This document shows, piece after piece, positions 24,596-34,519 of a stretch of 47,237 nucleotides of DNA. The translations under genes were made by a program, and so were the position numbers. The first letter of the stretch is position 1; each line of letters opens with the position of its first letter. Under the pieces are notes generated by a model that searched no databases, was not told where the DNA came from, and saw nothing but the letters and a program-made list of their open reading frames with translations. Source of the stretch: Clostridiales bacterium (GTDB lineage: Bacteria; Bacillota; Clostridia; UBA1381); assembly GCA_029219925.1 (NCBI GenBank), contig JAQXUJ010000227.1, positions 1 to 47,237 of the forward strand, in the 5' to 3' direction.

Positions 24596-24617
24596 CAAAG
24601 TGTATGAACAAAGTGTA
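24596..24617. repeat. direct repeat CAAAGTGTA x2 (13-nt period) upstream of the htrA-like gene
   Basis: Copies at 24596-24604 and 24609-24617, 60-80 nt upstream of the htrA-like start, in a divergent promoter region. Confidence 0.5.
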
Positions 24618-24624
24618 AATTTTG

Positions 24625-24653
24625 TTGACAAGTTCTGTTAAAAATGATAAACT
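24625..24653 (+). promoter_or_regulatory. sigma-A promoter of the RNase M5-like/ABC/HAD block
   Basis: TTGACA (24625-24630), 17-nt spacer, TGaTAAACT (24645-24653). Confidence 0.5.
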
Positions 24654-24676
24654 GTTATAGCAAGGAGTGCGAAAAA

Positions 24677-25273
24677 ATGTATACTGTAAAGGAAACCTTA
24701 ATTGTAGAGGGAACCTATGATAAAATAAAACTGTCCGGATTTATTGACAGCATTATATTCACAACCAACGGTTTTGCCGTGTTTAAAAATAAGCAGGCGC
24801 AAAGGAGTATCCGCACCTTTGCAGAGAAAACCGGGATTGTTATTCTGACCGATTCCGATTCGGCGGGCATAAAAATAAGAAACTTTGTAAAACAGCTTGC
24901 CAAAGACGGAAGGGTGCTGCATGCTTATATTCCGGAGCTTGAGGGGAAGGAAAAGAGAAAAACTGCTCCGGGAAAAGAAGGACTTTTGGGTGTTGAGGGA
25001 ATTTCAGAGGAAATTATAATGGATGCCATACGTAAAAGCGGTGCGACAGTGAACGGAGAGCGGGGAAGCTGCCGTGAAAAAAAGCCCGTAACCAAGGCGG
25101 ATTTTTACGCCATGGGTTTATCCGGAGGAAAAAACAGCGAGGAATTACGGAGAAAACTGGCAAAAAAGCTGGGTATTCCATCAAAGCTTTCGTCGAATAT
25201 GCTGCTGTCTGCGGTAAACCGTATGCTCACCTCGGAGGAGCTTGCCGAAATAATTGGGGAAATACTGTTATGA
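24677..25273 (+). CDS. Toprim-domain protein, ribonuclease M5-like
   Basis: ORF 24644..25273. Start moved to ATG 24677 after an AAGGAG SD. LIVEGTYD and ILTDSDSAGIKIR align with the RnmV VVEGRDD / ILTDPDFPGEKIR motifs. Confidence 0.65.
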   Translation: MYTVKETLIVEGTYDKIKLSGFIDSIIFTTNGFAVFKNKQAQRSIRTFAEKTGIVILTDSDSAGIKIRNFVKQLAKDGRVLHAYIPELEGKEKRKTAPGKEGLLGVEGISEEIIMDAIRKSGATVNGERGSCREKKPVTKADFYAMGLSGGKNSEELRRKLAKKLGIPSKLSSNMLLSAVNRMLTSEELAEIIGEILL

Positions 25274-25286
25274 AGGGAAATAAGTT

Positions 25287-26936
25287 GTGAAAAAGAACAG
25301 AAGTGTATGGAAATGGATTGTTAAAAACGGAAAGAACAGTATTTTTGCAATATTGATACTGACGGCAATGAGCATGAGTCTGTCCCTTATTCAGGTCAGG
25401 TTTGCCACAGCTTCCAAAAACGTTATGGATATTGCCACCAAGTCGGCATCGGGAACTCTGTCGACGGCGTTTATGGCGCTTGTATTTTTGCTGATTTTGC
25501 GGCTTGTGGTGCAGATTGCCATGAGCTACACCGAGGTGCATGCCTGTTCACGTTTTGAAATTGCATTAAAGCGCAGACTTTTCAAGGTATTGATTAATAA
25601 GGATTATCTCTCTGTTATGCAGTATCATTCGGGCGAACTGCTTAACAGAATTAACGGCGATGTTTCGGTAATTGTAAACGGAATAATTGCTATCATACCG
25701 TCCGCAGCCTTGTTTCTGACAAGTATTGTGGGCGCATTTTACGTTCTGTACGGTATTGACAGCACTCTGGCGATTATTATTTTGTGCGTGGGACCATGCG
25801 TAGGAGTGGGCGCAAGGCTGTATTCGAGCAGATACAAGATTATGCACAAGAAATGCCAGGAATATGACGGGAAAACAAAATCCTTTATGCTGGAAATTCT
25901 GCAAAATCTTCTTGTGGTAAAATCCTTCGGCTGCGAGGAGAAGGTGCTGGATAAAAGCGAAAATCTGCAGTATGACAGCTACCGCCTGAAAATAAAGCGT
26001 GTGACAGTTTCGGTTATTGCTCAGATAGGAATGTTTCTTATATTTAATGCCGGATACTATTTCGCTATGGCATATGCGGCATATCGGCTTTCAAAGGGAC
26101 AGCTTACATATGGTGATGTAACGGCAATTCTGGCGCTGGTTTCGCAAATTCAGTCGCCGTTTAAGAATATATCGAGCCTGTTCCCTCAGGCGTTTGCGGT
26201 CAGCGCTTCGGTTGAGAGACTTCTCGAACTGGAAAATCTTAAGGATGAGCGGATTTCTCATACTGTTCTGCCAAAAAATATATACGAAAGAATGGACAGC
26301 ATAGTTTACGATAACGTTACCTTCTCATACAGTGACGACTCGGTGGTTTCGGGAATAAATATGCGTATTAAAAAGGGCGAATGTGTTGTTGTAGCCGGTG
26401 AATCGGGAGCCGGGAAAAGTACGGCGATTAAGCTGCTCCTGGGCATAATGGAGCCGTCGTCGGGAGATATATACATGGAATATGACGGCGGAAGGCTGGA
26501 GCTGGGCAGGGATACGAGAAGTCTTTTTGCGTATGTTCCCCAGGGAAATCTGATTTTGTCCGGAACAATCCGTGAGAACATTGCATTTGCAAAGGACTCT
26601 GTAAGTGAGGAGGATATAATAAAAGCTGCGAAGATAGCGCAGATATGGGATTTTATATGCACGCTTGACAAAGGACTTGACACCGAGCTGGGTGAGAAAG
26701 GGCTGGGATTGTCCGAGGGGCAGACCCAGAGAATTTCCATTGCCAGAGCTATTTTGCATGACGCGCCGATTTTGCTTCTCGATGAGTCCACCTCAGCTCT
26801 GGACTCTGTTACCGAGAAAAATCTCCTTGCGGCAATCCGTGATATGACCGATAAAACCTGCGTAATTGTAAGCCATAAGCAGGCGGCGTTTGATATTGCG
26901 GACAGCGTGATATATATTGAAAAGAGTAGAAAATAA
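25287..26936 (+). CDS. ABC exporter permease/ATPase fusion (canonical motifs)
   Basis: GTG start. 6-TM domain plus NBD with GESGAGKST, LSEGQTQR, LLLDESTSALD. Confidence 0.85.
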   Translation: MKKNRSVWKWIVKNGKNSIFAILILTAMSMSLSLIQVRFATASKNVMDIATKSASGTLSTAFMALVFLLILRLVVQIAMSYTEVHACSRFEIALKRRLFKVLINKDYLSVMQYHSGELLNRINGDVSVIVNGIIAIIPSAALFLTSIVGAFYVLYGIDSTLAIIILCVGPCVGVGARLYSSRYKIMHKKCQEYDGKTKSFMLEILQNLLVVKSFGCEEKVLDKSENLQYDSYRLKIKRVTVSVIAQIGMFLIFNAGYYFAMAYAAYRLSKGQLTYGDVTAILALVSQIQSPFKNISSLFPQAFAVSASVERLLELENLKDERISHTVLPKNIYERMDSIVYDNVTFSYSDDSVVSGINMRIKKGECVVVAGESGAGKSTAIKLLLGIMEPSSGDIYMEYDGGRLELGRDTRSLFAYVPQGNLILSGTIRENIAFAKDSVSEEDIIKAAKIAQIWDFICTLDKGLDTELGEKGLGLSEGQTQRISIARAILHDAPILLLDESTSALDSVTEKNLLAAIRDMTDKTCVIVSHKQAAFDIADSVIYIEKSRK

Positions 26937-26983
26937 CTGTAAACGGCGGTCAGAGTGCGCCGACAAAGCTTGGAGGATTTTTT

Positions 26984-27796
26984 ATGGGAAAATTTGACGG
27001 AATACTGCTGTGCAGCGATATGGACGGTACGCTTTTGGACTCGGAAAGCAGAATTTCCGATAAAAATAAAGAGGCAATCCGGTACTTTGAGGAAAACGGC
27101 GGACGTTTTACGTTTACAACCGGCAGAACGCCTCAGGGCTTGAAGGAGATGGCGAAGGAGCTGTCGGTTAATTTCCCCGCAGTTGTTTTCAACGGTTCGG
27201 GAATTTACGATTTTGAAAAGAATCGTTCTCTTTATGACGTATATCTTGATGATGGCATAGACGATGTGGCAGACTACATTGCGGCTCAGGTTCCCGACTG
27301 CGGAATAATTGTGACCTGCGATGACGTGCAGTATTGCAGCAGGGACAATCTAATTATGAACACATACTATAAGATTACCCGATATGAGCGGCTGGAGTAC
27401 ATGCCGCACAGGGAAATAAATAAACGAAAAAAGAAGGTAATATTCCTCACTCAAAGCGAGAATGTGGAAAAAATGCGCAGTGCGGTTGTAAATTCGGAGT
27501 TTGCAGACAGATATAATTATATGCAAACGAATTGGTTTCTCTTTGAAATACTGCCCAAAGGAGTTAATAAAGGAACAGCATTAAAAAAGTTAGCTGAAAT
27601 GTACAGCGGTTTTAATAAAGTCATTGCCTGCGGCGACGGGGAAAATGATATAGCAATGCTTCAGTTTGCAGATGTAGGAGTGGCGGCGGGAAATGCTATG
27701 GACTGTGTGAAGGAGGCTGCCGATTATGTTTCGGTCAGCAATGACGAGGGCGTGGTGTTCGACGTGATAGAAAAGCTGGAGCGGGGCATAATATAA
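26984..27796 (+). CDS. Cof-type HAD-IIB family hydrolase
   Basis: Nucleophile motif LCSDMDGTLL, TGR, and C-terminal GDGENDIAML. GGAGGA SD. Confidence 0.85.
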   Translation: MGKFDGILLCSDMDGTLLDSESRISDKNKEAIRYFEENGGRFTFTTGRTPQGLKEMAKELSVNFPAVVFNGSGIYDFEKNRSLYDVYLDDGIDDVADYIAAQVPDCGIIVTCDDVQYCSRDNLIMNTYYKITRYERLEYMPHREINKRKKKVIFLTQSENVEKMRSAVVNSEFADRYNYMQTNWFLFEILPKGVNKGTALKKLAEMYSGFNKVIACGDGENDIAMLQFADVGVAAGNAMDCVKEAADYVSVSNDEGVVFDVIEKLERGII

Positions 27797-27833
27797 TATC
27801 TGCCGAACAAATGGATTTTAGGTTCACGACATA

Positions 27834-27878
27834 AAAAAACTGACGGGTGGGATGTTTCCGCTGCCCGTCAGTTTTTTT
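27834..27878 (+). terminator. intrinsic terminator after the HAD gene
   Basis: ACTGACGGG / CCCGTCAGT stem followed by TTTTTTT. Confidence 0.8.
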
Positions 27879-27887
27879 GGATGCCGC

Positions 27888-27932
27888 AATAAAACTCCCG
27901 AAATGCCTGTAAGGAACGAATTCGGGAGTTTT
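27888..27932 (-). terminator. intrinsic terminator after the clpC-like gene
   Basis: 12-bp stem AAAACTCCCGAA / TTCGGGAGTTTT, with a T-rich run on the minus strand. Confidence 0.75.
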
Positions 27933-27939
27933 ATGGGAT

Positions 27940-30240
27940 TTATGCCGCAGAAATAACGGAAAGTTCTATTTCGTTATCCTTGCGGTCGGCAATGATATTC
28001 ATGCCGCGGGTAATGGGATTACGCAGTGAAAATTCCGCCAGCTTATCCTCAACCAGCCGCTGGATAGAACGCTTTAAAGGTCTTGCCCCGTATTTTACGT
28101 CGAAGCCTTTTTCTAAAATCAGCTCCTTAGCGCTGTCGGTAACGGTAATTACCGCACCCTTCTGCGCCATTCTGTCGGTAATATCCGCAAGCAGAAGGTC
28201 AATAATCCGGCGCAGCTCGTCTTTGGTAAGGGGCTTGAAGGTAACCGTTTCGTCAATTCTGTTCAAAAATTCCGGACGGAAATGTTCCTTAAGGCTCTTT
28301 TCAACATTACTCTTCATGGTGATTTCGCCGCTGGAATTAAAGCCCATTGACGTGGAATTAAATTCCGAGCCGGCATTGGTGGTCATGATAATAATGGTAT
28401 TTTCAAAATTCACTATTTTCCCGTGACTGTCAGCAACTCTGCCGTCATCAAGAATTTGCAGGAACAGGTTGAATACCTCCGGGTGAGCCTTTTCGATTTC
28501 GTCAAGGAGGATTACCGAATACGGTTTTCTGCGAACCTTTTCGGTAAGCTGTCCTGCCTCGTCATAGCCTACGTATCCCGGGGGTGAGCCTATAAGCTTG
28601 GAAACCGAATGTTTTTCCATATATTCCGACATATCAAAGCGGATAAGAGCGTCCTCATTATCAAACATAACCTCGGCGATGGTTTTTACAAGCTCGGTTT
28701 TACCGACACCGGTAGGCCCTGCGAAAATAAAGGATACGGGCCGGCGTTTCACGGAAATATCCGCTCTGCCGCGGCGTATCGCGCGTGCCACAGCGGAAAC
28801 AGCGTCCTCCTGACCGACAACACGCCGATGTATACGGTTTTCAAGATTTAAAAGCCGTGATGCCTCATCCTCGGTCAGCTTATGGACGGGAATTTTGGTC
28901 CAGCTTTCGATGACAGCCGCAACATCGTCCAAAGTCACCCATGAATTGTCGGCAAGCTTTTCTTTTTCGGAAAGGTCAGCCTTAAGTTCAAGCTCCTCCT
29001 GACGGAGCAGGGCAGCCCTTTCAAAGTCCTGTGTGTCGGCGGCTTCCTGAGATTCAGCTGCTATTTCTTCAAGTCTGTTTTGTATTTTTTTGGCATCGTA
29101 AAGCGCAATATTCCGAAGATTTACCGCCGAGCCTGCTTCATCAATTACGTCAATCGCCTTGTCGGGCAGAAATCGGTCGGTGATATAACGCTCGCTCATG
29201 CGGCATGCCGCCTCGATTACTTCGTCAGATATATGAACCTTATGATAGCCTTCGTAGTAGTCCTTAATGCCCTTTAAGATTTCGACCGATTCGGCAACGC
29301 TTGGCTCGTCGACCAGCACCGGCTGGAAACGGCGTTCAAGGGCGGTATCCTTTTCTATGTGCTTGCGGTATTCGCTCAGGGTGGTGGCGCCGATAATCTG
29401 AATTTCACCGCGGGCAAGAGCCGGCTTTAAGATATTGGCTGCGCTCATTGCGCCGTCAGCGTCACCTGCGGCAACAATGTTGTGAATTTCATCGATAACA
29501 AGGATTACGTTACCGGCTTCCTCCGCTTCGGTAAGAAGATTTTTAAGGCGTGCTTCAAACTGCCCCCGGAACTGCGTACCGGCAACCAATGCTGTGAAAT
29601 CAATCAGATACAGCTGATATCCGAACAGCTTCGGCGGAACCTTTTCTTCGGCAATGCGGCAGGCAAGACCTTCCGCAATAGCCGTCTTACCAACGCCCGG
29701 CTCGCCCAAGATAACGGGATTATTTTTTGAACGGCGGTTTAAAATCTGAACCACACGGTCAATTTCGGTGTTGCGGTTTATGACACGGTCCACCTTGCCC
29801 AGCTGAGCCTTTTCGGTAAGGTTTGTGCCGTAGGTGTCCAGCATGCTCTTTTTCTTGCTGCGTTTTTTCTTGGACGAGTCCTTTTTGTCGGTATTTGGCT
29901 GCGCTTCACCCTGCCTGCCTGGCATAAATCCGGAAAGAAAATCCAGGGGAGCGGAGGGCGCGCCGCCCTCTTCGCCTTCATGAGGGAACATACCCGACAT
30001 AAGTCCCTCCAGCGCTTCCGGATTATCGCCGATTGTATCCATAAAATCGGACATTTCGGAATTGATGTTTTCAATATCATCATCGGTAATGCCCATTTGC
30101 TCTATCATATTGTTTATAGGCGCTATGCCCAGTTCCTTTGCACATGCAAGGCACAGACCTTCATTAGTTGTCTTGTCACCCTCCATTTTGGTAATGTAAA
30201 CTACCGCGGGATTTTTATGACAACGCGAACATAAATTCAT
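27940..30240 (-). CDS. ClpC/ClpA-class double-AAA+ unfoldase with zinc-ribbon N-terminus
   Basis: ORF 27940..30282. Start moved to ATG 30240 after a GGAGG SD. D1 [22 protein letters not shown]-like middle motif, D2 [22 protein letters not shown] tripeptide for ClpP docking. N-terminus C4-x2-C7...C30-x2-C33. Confidence 0.9.
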   Translation of the reverse strand: MNLCSRCHKNPAVVYITKMEGDKTTNEGLCLACAKELGIAPINNMIEQMGITDDDIENINSEMSDFMDTIGDNPEALEGLMSGMFPHEGEEGGAPSAPLDFLSGFMPGRQGEAQPNTDKKDSSKKKRSKKKSMLDTYGTNLTEKAQLGKVDRVINRNTEIDRVVQILNRRSKNNPVILGEPGVGKTAIAEGLACRIAEEKVPPKLFGYQLYLIDFTALVAGTQFRGQFEARLKNLLTEAEEAGNVILVIDEIHNIVAAGDADGAMSAANILKPALARGEIQIIGATTLSEYRKHIEKDTALERRFQPVLVDEPSVAESVEILKGIKDYYEGYHKVHISDEVIEAACRMSERYITDRFLPDKAIDVIDEAGSAVNLRNIALYDAKKIQNRLEEIAAESQEAADTQDFERAALLRQEELELKADLSEKEKLADNSWVTLDDVAAVIESWTKIPVHKLTEDEASRLLNLENRIHRRVVGQEDAVSAVARAIRRGRADISVKRRPVSFIFAGPTGVGKTELVKTIAEVMFDNEDALIRFDMSEYMEKHSVSKLIGSPPGYVGYDEAGQLTEKVRRKPYSVILLDEIEKAHPEVFNLFLQILDDGRVADSHGKIVNFENTIIIMTTNAGSEFNSTSMGFNSSGEITMKSNVEKSLKEHFRPEFLNRIDETVTFKPLTKDELRRIIDLLLADITDRMAQKGAVITVTDSAKELILEKGFDVKYGARPLKRSIQRLVEDKLAEFSLRNPITRGMNIIADRKDNEIELSVISAA

Positions 30241-30331
30241 AGTTATTTTCCTCCAAATAAGTGCTACTACCCATTGTATCATAAATAAATCAAAAAAAAA
30301 AGCCTTTTTTGCGATATATTTACAGAATTTT

Positions 30332-30357
30332 AAAAAAGTATTGCCGAAGGCAATACT
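30332..30357 (-). terminator. intrinsic terminator after rlmH
   Basis: Minus strand reads AGTATTGCC-TTC-GGCAATACT followed by TTTTTT. Confidence 0.7.
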
Positions 30358-30410
30358 CAGCGTGTATAAACCGCAGCTGCATGTCAGAGAAAGTTGATAG
30401 CTCCGCCGGC

Positions 30411-30887
30411 TTATTTATGATAGCATTCGCCGGCATTTATTTTAAATGCCCGGTATATTTGTTCGGCAAGAACAATACGCATAAGCTGATGGGGAAGAGT
30501 TATCTTACCAAAGCTGAGCCGTAAATCGGACAGTGACTTCACCTTTTCCGACAACCCCAGCGAGCCGCCTATTATAAAGGCAATATGCCCGGCTGTCATG
30601 GACATTTCGGCGATTTTATCTGCCAAATCAGTGCTGGAAAGCTCTTTCCCTTCAATGCACATGGCGATAATGCGGATGTTTTTCGGGAGTTTAGAAATAA
30701 TCGCGGCGCCCTCTTTTTCAAGTATTGCGGAAATTTCCTTGTCCGAGGGATTATCCGGAATTTTTTCGTCCTTTACCTCGATAATCTCAAACTTAGCAAA
30801 ACGGGAAAGACGCTTTGCGTATTCTGCCAAAGCATCACGGAAAAACTTTTCTTTAATTTTGCCAACACAAATTATTGAAATATTCAT
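30411..30887 (-). CDS. rlmH: 23S rRNA (pseudouridine1915-N3)-methyltransferase RlmH
   Basis: ORF 30411..30896. Start at ATG 30887 (MNISIICVGKIKEKF), with an ATGA overlap with the upstream stop. SPOUT C-terminal motif (LSFGKITLPHQLMRIVL). Confidence 0.9.
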   Translation of the reverse strand: MNISIICVGKIKEKFFRDALAEYAKRLSRFAKFEIIEVKDEKIPDNPSDKEISAILEKEGAAIISKLPKNIRIIAMCIEGKELSSTDLADKIAEMSMTAGHIAFIIGGSLGLSEKVKSLSDLRLSFGKITLPHQLMRIVLAEQIYRAFKINAGECYHK

Positions 30888-31651
30888 CGAAAGCATGAAA
30901 CCTCGTATCTTGCGGCAACCGACAGTCCTGCGTCCTTTCCGAGTATTACACCGTTTTCCTCAAGCAGCCGGGCGGCTGCAAGATATGCGGTATTGGGCGT
31001 GTTGTTTTCATTGGACAGATGACCGAGCATAATATGCTTTGTGCCGCAGTTTATAAGCCTAAGCACCGTTTCCGATGCTTCATCATTGGAAAGATGCCCA
31101 AATGCGCCTGCAATCCGACGCTTTAAATACATGGGATAGCGTCCTTTCATAAGCATTTCCGTGTCGTGGTTTGATTCCAGCAATACGGCAATGCTGCCCT
31201 TTAAATGCTCCATTATATAGTCGTTCATCTTGCCGATGTCGGTGGCCAATGACAGCTTTTTTGCGCCGAAAAAGAGGTTATAGCCTACCGGGTCGGCGGC
31301 GTCATGAGGTATGGAGAAGGGCTTTACGCCGATAGTGCCGATTTCAAAGTCAACATCCGGATTAACATAGCGGACATTGGGAATAAATCCGGAGTCAGTT
31401 GCCTCATGGGTTTTGAGGGTAGCATAGACCGGGATATTATATTTGCGTGATACCGCCCCTGCGCCTCTTATGTGGTCGGAGTGTTCATGGGTTACCAGAA
31501 CCGCACTTATGTCGGAGGGTGATAGGTCAACCTTGGCAAGTGCATCCGACAGCTTTTTTATGGACAAGCCGCAATCTATCAAAAGATGCGTTTTGCCGTC
31601 CGAAATCAGAGAGCAGTTCCCGGAGGAACCGCTGACCAGTGATAAAAACAT
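30884..31651 (-). CDS. MBL-fold metallo-hydrolase (YycJ/WalJ-like)
   Basis: GSSGNCSLI..LLIDCG, THEHSDH zinc motif. Lies immediately upstream of rlmH, as yycJ does in B. subtilis. Confidence 0.8.
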   Translation of the reverse strand: MFLSLVSGSSGNCSLISDGKTHLLIDCGLSIKKLSDALAKVDLSPSDISAVLVTHEHSDHIRGAGAVSRKYNIPVYATLKTHEATDSGFIPNVRYVNPDVDFEIGTIGVKPFSIPHDAADPVGYNLFFGAKKLSLATDIGKMNDYIMEHLKGSIAVLLESNHDTEMLMKGRYPMYLKRRIAGAFGHLSNDEASETVLRLINCGTKHIMLGHLSNENNTPNTAYLAAARLLEENGVILGKDAGLSVAARYEVSCFR

Positions 31652-31666
31652 AATTATTTTGCTCCG

Positions 31667-32938
31667 TCAGTTAGTAAATACTTCAATGCGGTGAATGTCG
31701 CCGCCGAGAGCCGCGAACTTTTCCTCAAAGTTTTCATATCCGCGGTCAATGTGGTAAATGTCGGTTATTTCGGTTACGCCCTCCGCCATAAGACCGGCGA
31801 TAATCATGGCAGCTCCTCCGCGAAGGTCGGTTGCACGTACGGTTGTGCCCATAAGGTTGGGTACGCCGTTTATAATGGCAAGCTTGCCCTCCACGATAAT
31901 ATCCGCTCCCATGCGCTTTAGCTCGCCCACGTAGCGGAAGCGGTCGTCCCATACGCCTTCACGGGCAGTGCTTGTCCCTTCAATGGTGGAGAGATATGTA
32001 ACCAGCTGCGGCTGCATATCGGTGGGATAGCCGGGGTAGGGAAGGGCGACAAAATTAACACGTTTCAGCTTATTGCCTTCGGGAACGTATACCCTGATGC
32101 TGTCGTCAAATTCCGTAACGCATGCGCCCGATTCAATAAGCTTTCCGCTTATTGCCTCAAGATGCCTCGGAATGACATTTTCAATCATGACGTCGCCACG
32201 GGTTGCCGCTGCGGCAATCATGAAGGTTCCGGCTTCAATCTGGTCGGGAATAATGGAATAGGAACCGCCGCGGAGCTTGTCCACACCGGTAATTTTAATA
32301 GTATCGGTGCCGGCGCCGCGGATTTTTGCGCCCATAGCGTTTAAGAAGTTTGCGAGGTCAACAATATGCGGTTCTTTTGCCGCATTTTCGATTATGGAAA
32401 CGCCCTTTGCCTTTACCGCACATAAGATAACGTTTACGGTGGCACCTACCGAGGTCACGTCAAAATATACGTGAGCTCCGCTCAATTCTTCCGCCGATGC
32501 GGAAACAAGGGCGTGCGCCTGAGTACATTTCGCACCCAGCGCTTCAAAGCCCTTAACGTGCTGGTCAATCGGACGTGTTCCGAAGTCGCAGCCGCCGGGC
32601 ATGGGTACAACGCATCTGTGAAAACGTCCCAAAAGTGCGCCGATAAGGTAAGAGGAACCACGCATTTTCCGTGCAAGGTCTACCTGCGGCTTATATGAAT
32701 TTACGGGAGTACAGTCAATTTCCACGGTATTTTTGTCAATGACGCAGATTTCCGCGCCCAGGTCACGTAAAATATCTAAATAAAGCTTAACATCTTTAAT
32801 ATCAGGCAAATTTTCAAGCCGACATTTATCTTCGATTAAAAGGCATGCCGGGATAATTGCAACGGCGGCATTTTTTGCGCCGCTTATACGGATTGAGCCG
32901 TGCAGCGGATTCCCACCTTTGATAACGAGTTTTTCCAA
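31667..32938 (-). CDS. murA: UDP-N-acetylglucosamine 1-carboxyvinyltransferase
   Basis: TTG start after an AGGAG SD. ISGAKNAAVAIIPA, active-site loop PGGCDFGTRPID, 423 aa. Confidence 0.95.
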   Translation of the reverse strand: MEKLVIKGGNPLHGSIRISGAKNAAVAIIPACLLIEDKCRLENLPDIKDVKLYLDILRDLGAEICVIDKNTVEIDCTPVNSYKPQVDLARKMRGSSYLIGALLGRFHRCVVPMPGGCDFGTRPIDQHVKGFEALGAKCTQAHALVSASAEELSGAHVYFDVTSVGATVNVILCAVKAKGVSIIENAAKEPHIVDLANFLNAMGAKIRGAGTDTIKITGVDKLRGGSYSIIPDQIEAGTFMIAAAATRGDVMIENVIPRHLEAISGKLIESGACVTEFDDSIRVYVPEGNKLKRVNFVALPYPGYPTDMQPQLVTYLSTIEGTSTAREGVWDDRFRYVGELKRMGADIIVEGKLAIINGVPNLMGTTVRATDLRGGAAMIIAGLMAEGVTEITDIYHIDRGYENFEEKFAALGGDIHRIEVFTN

Positions 32939-33056
32939 TGTATCACTCTCCTAAAAAACGGTATATGTTAAGTATAAAATCAGCTTCAAATTCATATCGA
33001 TAATAACAGTATAACATATATTTAACAAAAATGCAAAATAAATTTAAAATATTAAC

Positions 33057-33086
33057 AAAAAAAACAGAGGAACAAAAGCTCCTCTG
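33057..33086 (-). terminator. intrinsic terminator after rpmB
   Basis: Minus strand reads CAGAGGA..TCCTCTG followed by TTTTTTTT. Confidence 0.75.
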
Positions 33087-33099
33087 CCGTCTTGCTTAA

Positions 33100-33288
33100 T
33101 CAAACCGCGCGCGTAACCTTTCCCGAACGCAAGCAGCGAGTGCAAACATTAATCGACTTAGTATTGCCGTTAACGACAGCTCTTACTTTTCTCACATTAG
33201 GCTTCCAAGCTCTGTTTGATCTTCTGTGCGAGTGGCTGACCTTAATTCCAAAGGTAACGCCCTTGCCGCAAATATCACATTTAGCCAT
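33100..33288 (-). CDS. rpmB: 50S ribosomal protein L28
   Basis: MAKCDICGKG..VSHSHRRSNRAWKPNV, 62 aa. Confidence 0.95.
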   Translation of the reverse strand: MAKCDICGKGVTFGIKVSHSHRRSNRAWKPNVRKVRAVVNGNTKSINVCTRCLRSGKVTRAV

Positions 33289-33332
33289 GTGCGGACACCT
33301 CCTATATCTGTAACGATTATCAAAACAAAACT

Positions 33333-33361
33333 ATTTTACCACAAATACAGCGATAATGCAA
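33333..33361 (-). promoter_or_regulatory. sigma-A promoter of rpmB
   Basis: Minus strand reads TTGCAT, 17-nt spacer, TGgTAAAAT. Confidence 0.6.
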
Positions 33362-33442
33362 GACTTTTTTTCAAAAAAATAAAAATTAATTACATTGTCG
33401 GAGATGAAACAGGAAAAAAGTTTAATTTTTATTAAATAGTAA

Positions 33443-33471
33443 TTGAAAAAAAAACAGTTTTGGTATATAAT
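33443..33471 (+). promoter_or_regulatory. sigma-A promoter of the hprK-murB-rapZ-whiA-dnaE block
   Basis: TTGAAA (33443-33448), 17-nt spacer, TATAAT (33466-33471). Confidence 0.6.
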
Positions 33472-33508
33472 AAAGAATGTATAATTGTGTCCTACGGAGG
33501 TAAAGGGT

Positions 33509-34453
33509 ATGATGAACGATACGACATTCAAGATACATCTTTCAAAGGTTATAGAGGAGTTTTCGTTTGAGAGAATATACGAATCGTCCGACATTAATGA
33601 AATCATGATTGAAACAGGCGATTTAAACCGACCTGCTTTGCAGATTGCCGGATTTTACGATTACTTTGACCCCCATCGTATACAGATTATGGGCAAGGTT
33701 GAGGTTACGTATCTTGAGCAATTCTCGCGGGAAAAGCGCTGCGAGCTGATGGATAGACTGTTTTCAACGAAATTTCCGGCGCTTATAATAACCCGGGGCA
33801 TGCAGATTTTTCCGGAGATGCTTGAGCTTGCCGAAAAGTATGACCTGACCGTTTTACGGACGGAGGAAACCACATCAAGCCTTATGAGTGCGTTAATAAG
33901 CTATCTTAACGTACAGATTGCGCCCCGGAGAACACGTCACGGCGTGCTGGTGGAGGTTTACGGCGAGGGCGTGCTGATTATGGGCGAAAGCGGCGTGGGA
34001 AAGAGCGAAACGGCAATAGAGCTTTTAAAGCGCGGTCACCGTCTTGTGGCGGACGACGCCGTTGAGATAAAGCGTGTATCCTCAAAAACGCTGGTCGGCT
34101 CGTCACCGGAGATTATCCGGCATTTTGTTGAGCTTCGCGGAATAGGAATTATTGACGTCAAGGAAATTTTTGGTATGGGCGCCGTCAAGGATACAGAAAG
34201 CATTGATATGATTATTCATCTTGAACCCTGGGTGGAAGGCAAGCAGTACGACCGCCTGGGCATGATGGACGAATACACAAACATTATGGGAATAAATATT
34301 CCAAGCCTGACCATACCGGTAAAGCCGGGACGTAATCTTGCGATAATTATCGAGGTTGCCTCCATGAATAACCGACAAAAGCGCATGGGATATAATGCGG
34401 CGGTTGAGCTTAACAACAGACTCATGAATGAAATGCGGCGCAATCAGGGGTAG
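33509..34453 (+). CDS. hprK: HPr kinase/phosphorylase
   Basis: ORF 33485..34453. Start moved to ATG 33509 after a GGAGG SD. P-loop GESGVGKSETA and signature LVADD..VELRGIGIIDV. Confidence 0.9.
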   Translation: MMNDTTFKIHLSKVIEEFSFERIYESSDINEIMIETGDLNRPALQIAGFYDYFDPHRIQIMGKVEVTYLEQFSREKRCELMDRLFSTKFPALIITRGMQIFPEMLELAEKYDLTVLRTEETTSSLMSALISYLNVQIAPRRTRHGVLVEVYGEGVLIMGESGVGKSETAIELLKRGHRLVADDAVEIKRVSSKTLVGSSPEIIRHFVELRGIGIIDVKEIFGMGAVKDTESIDMIIHLEPWVEGKQYDRLGMMDEYTNIMGINIPSLTIPVKPGRNLAIIIEVASMNNRQKRMGYNAAVELNNRLMNEMRRNQG

Positions 34454-34519
34454 GACGTTTCGGCACATTGTGCAGAGTTGATTTTTGCCGTCCGGTTTGG
34501 CGGCGGAACGGAGATTTAT

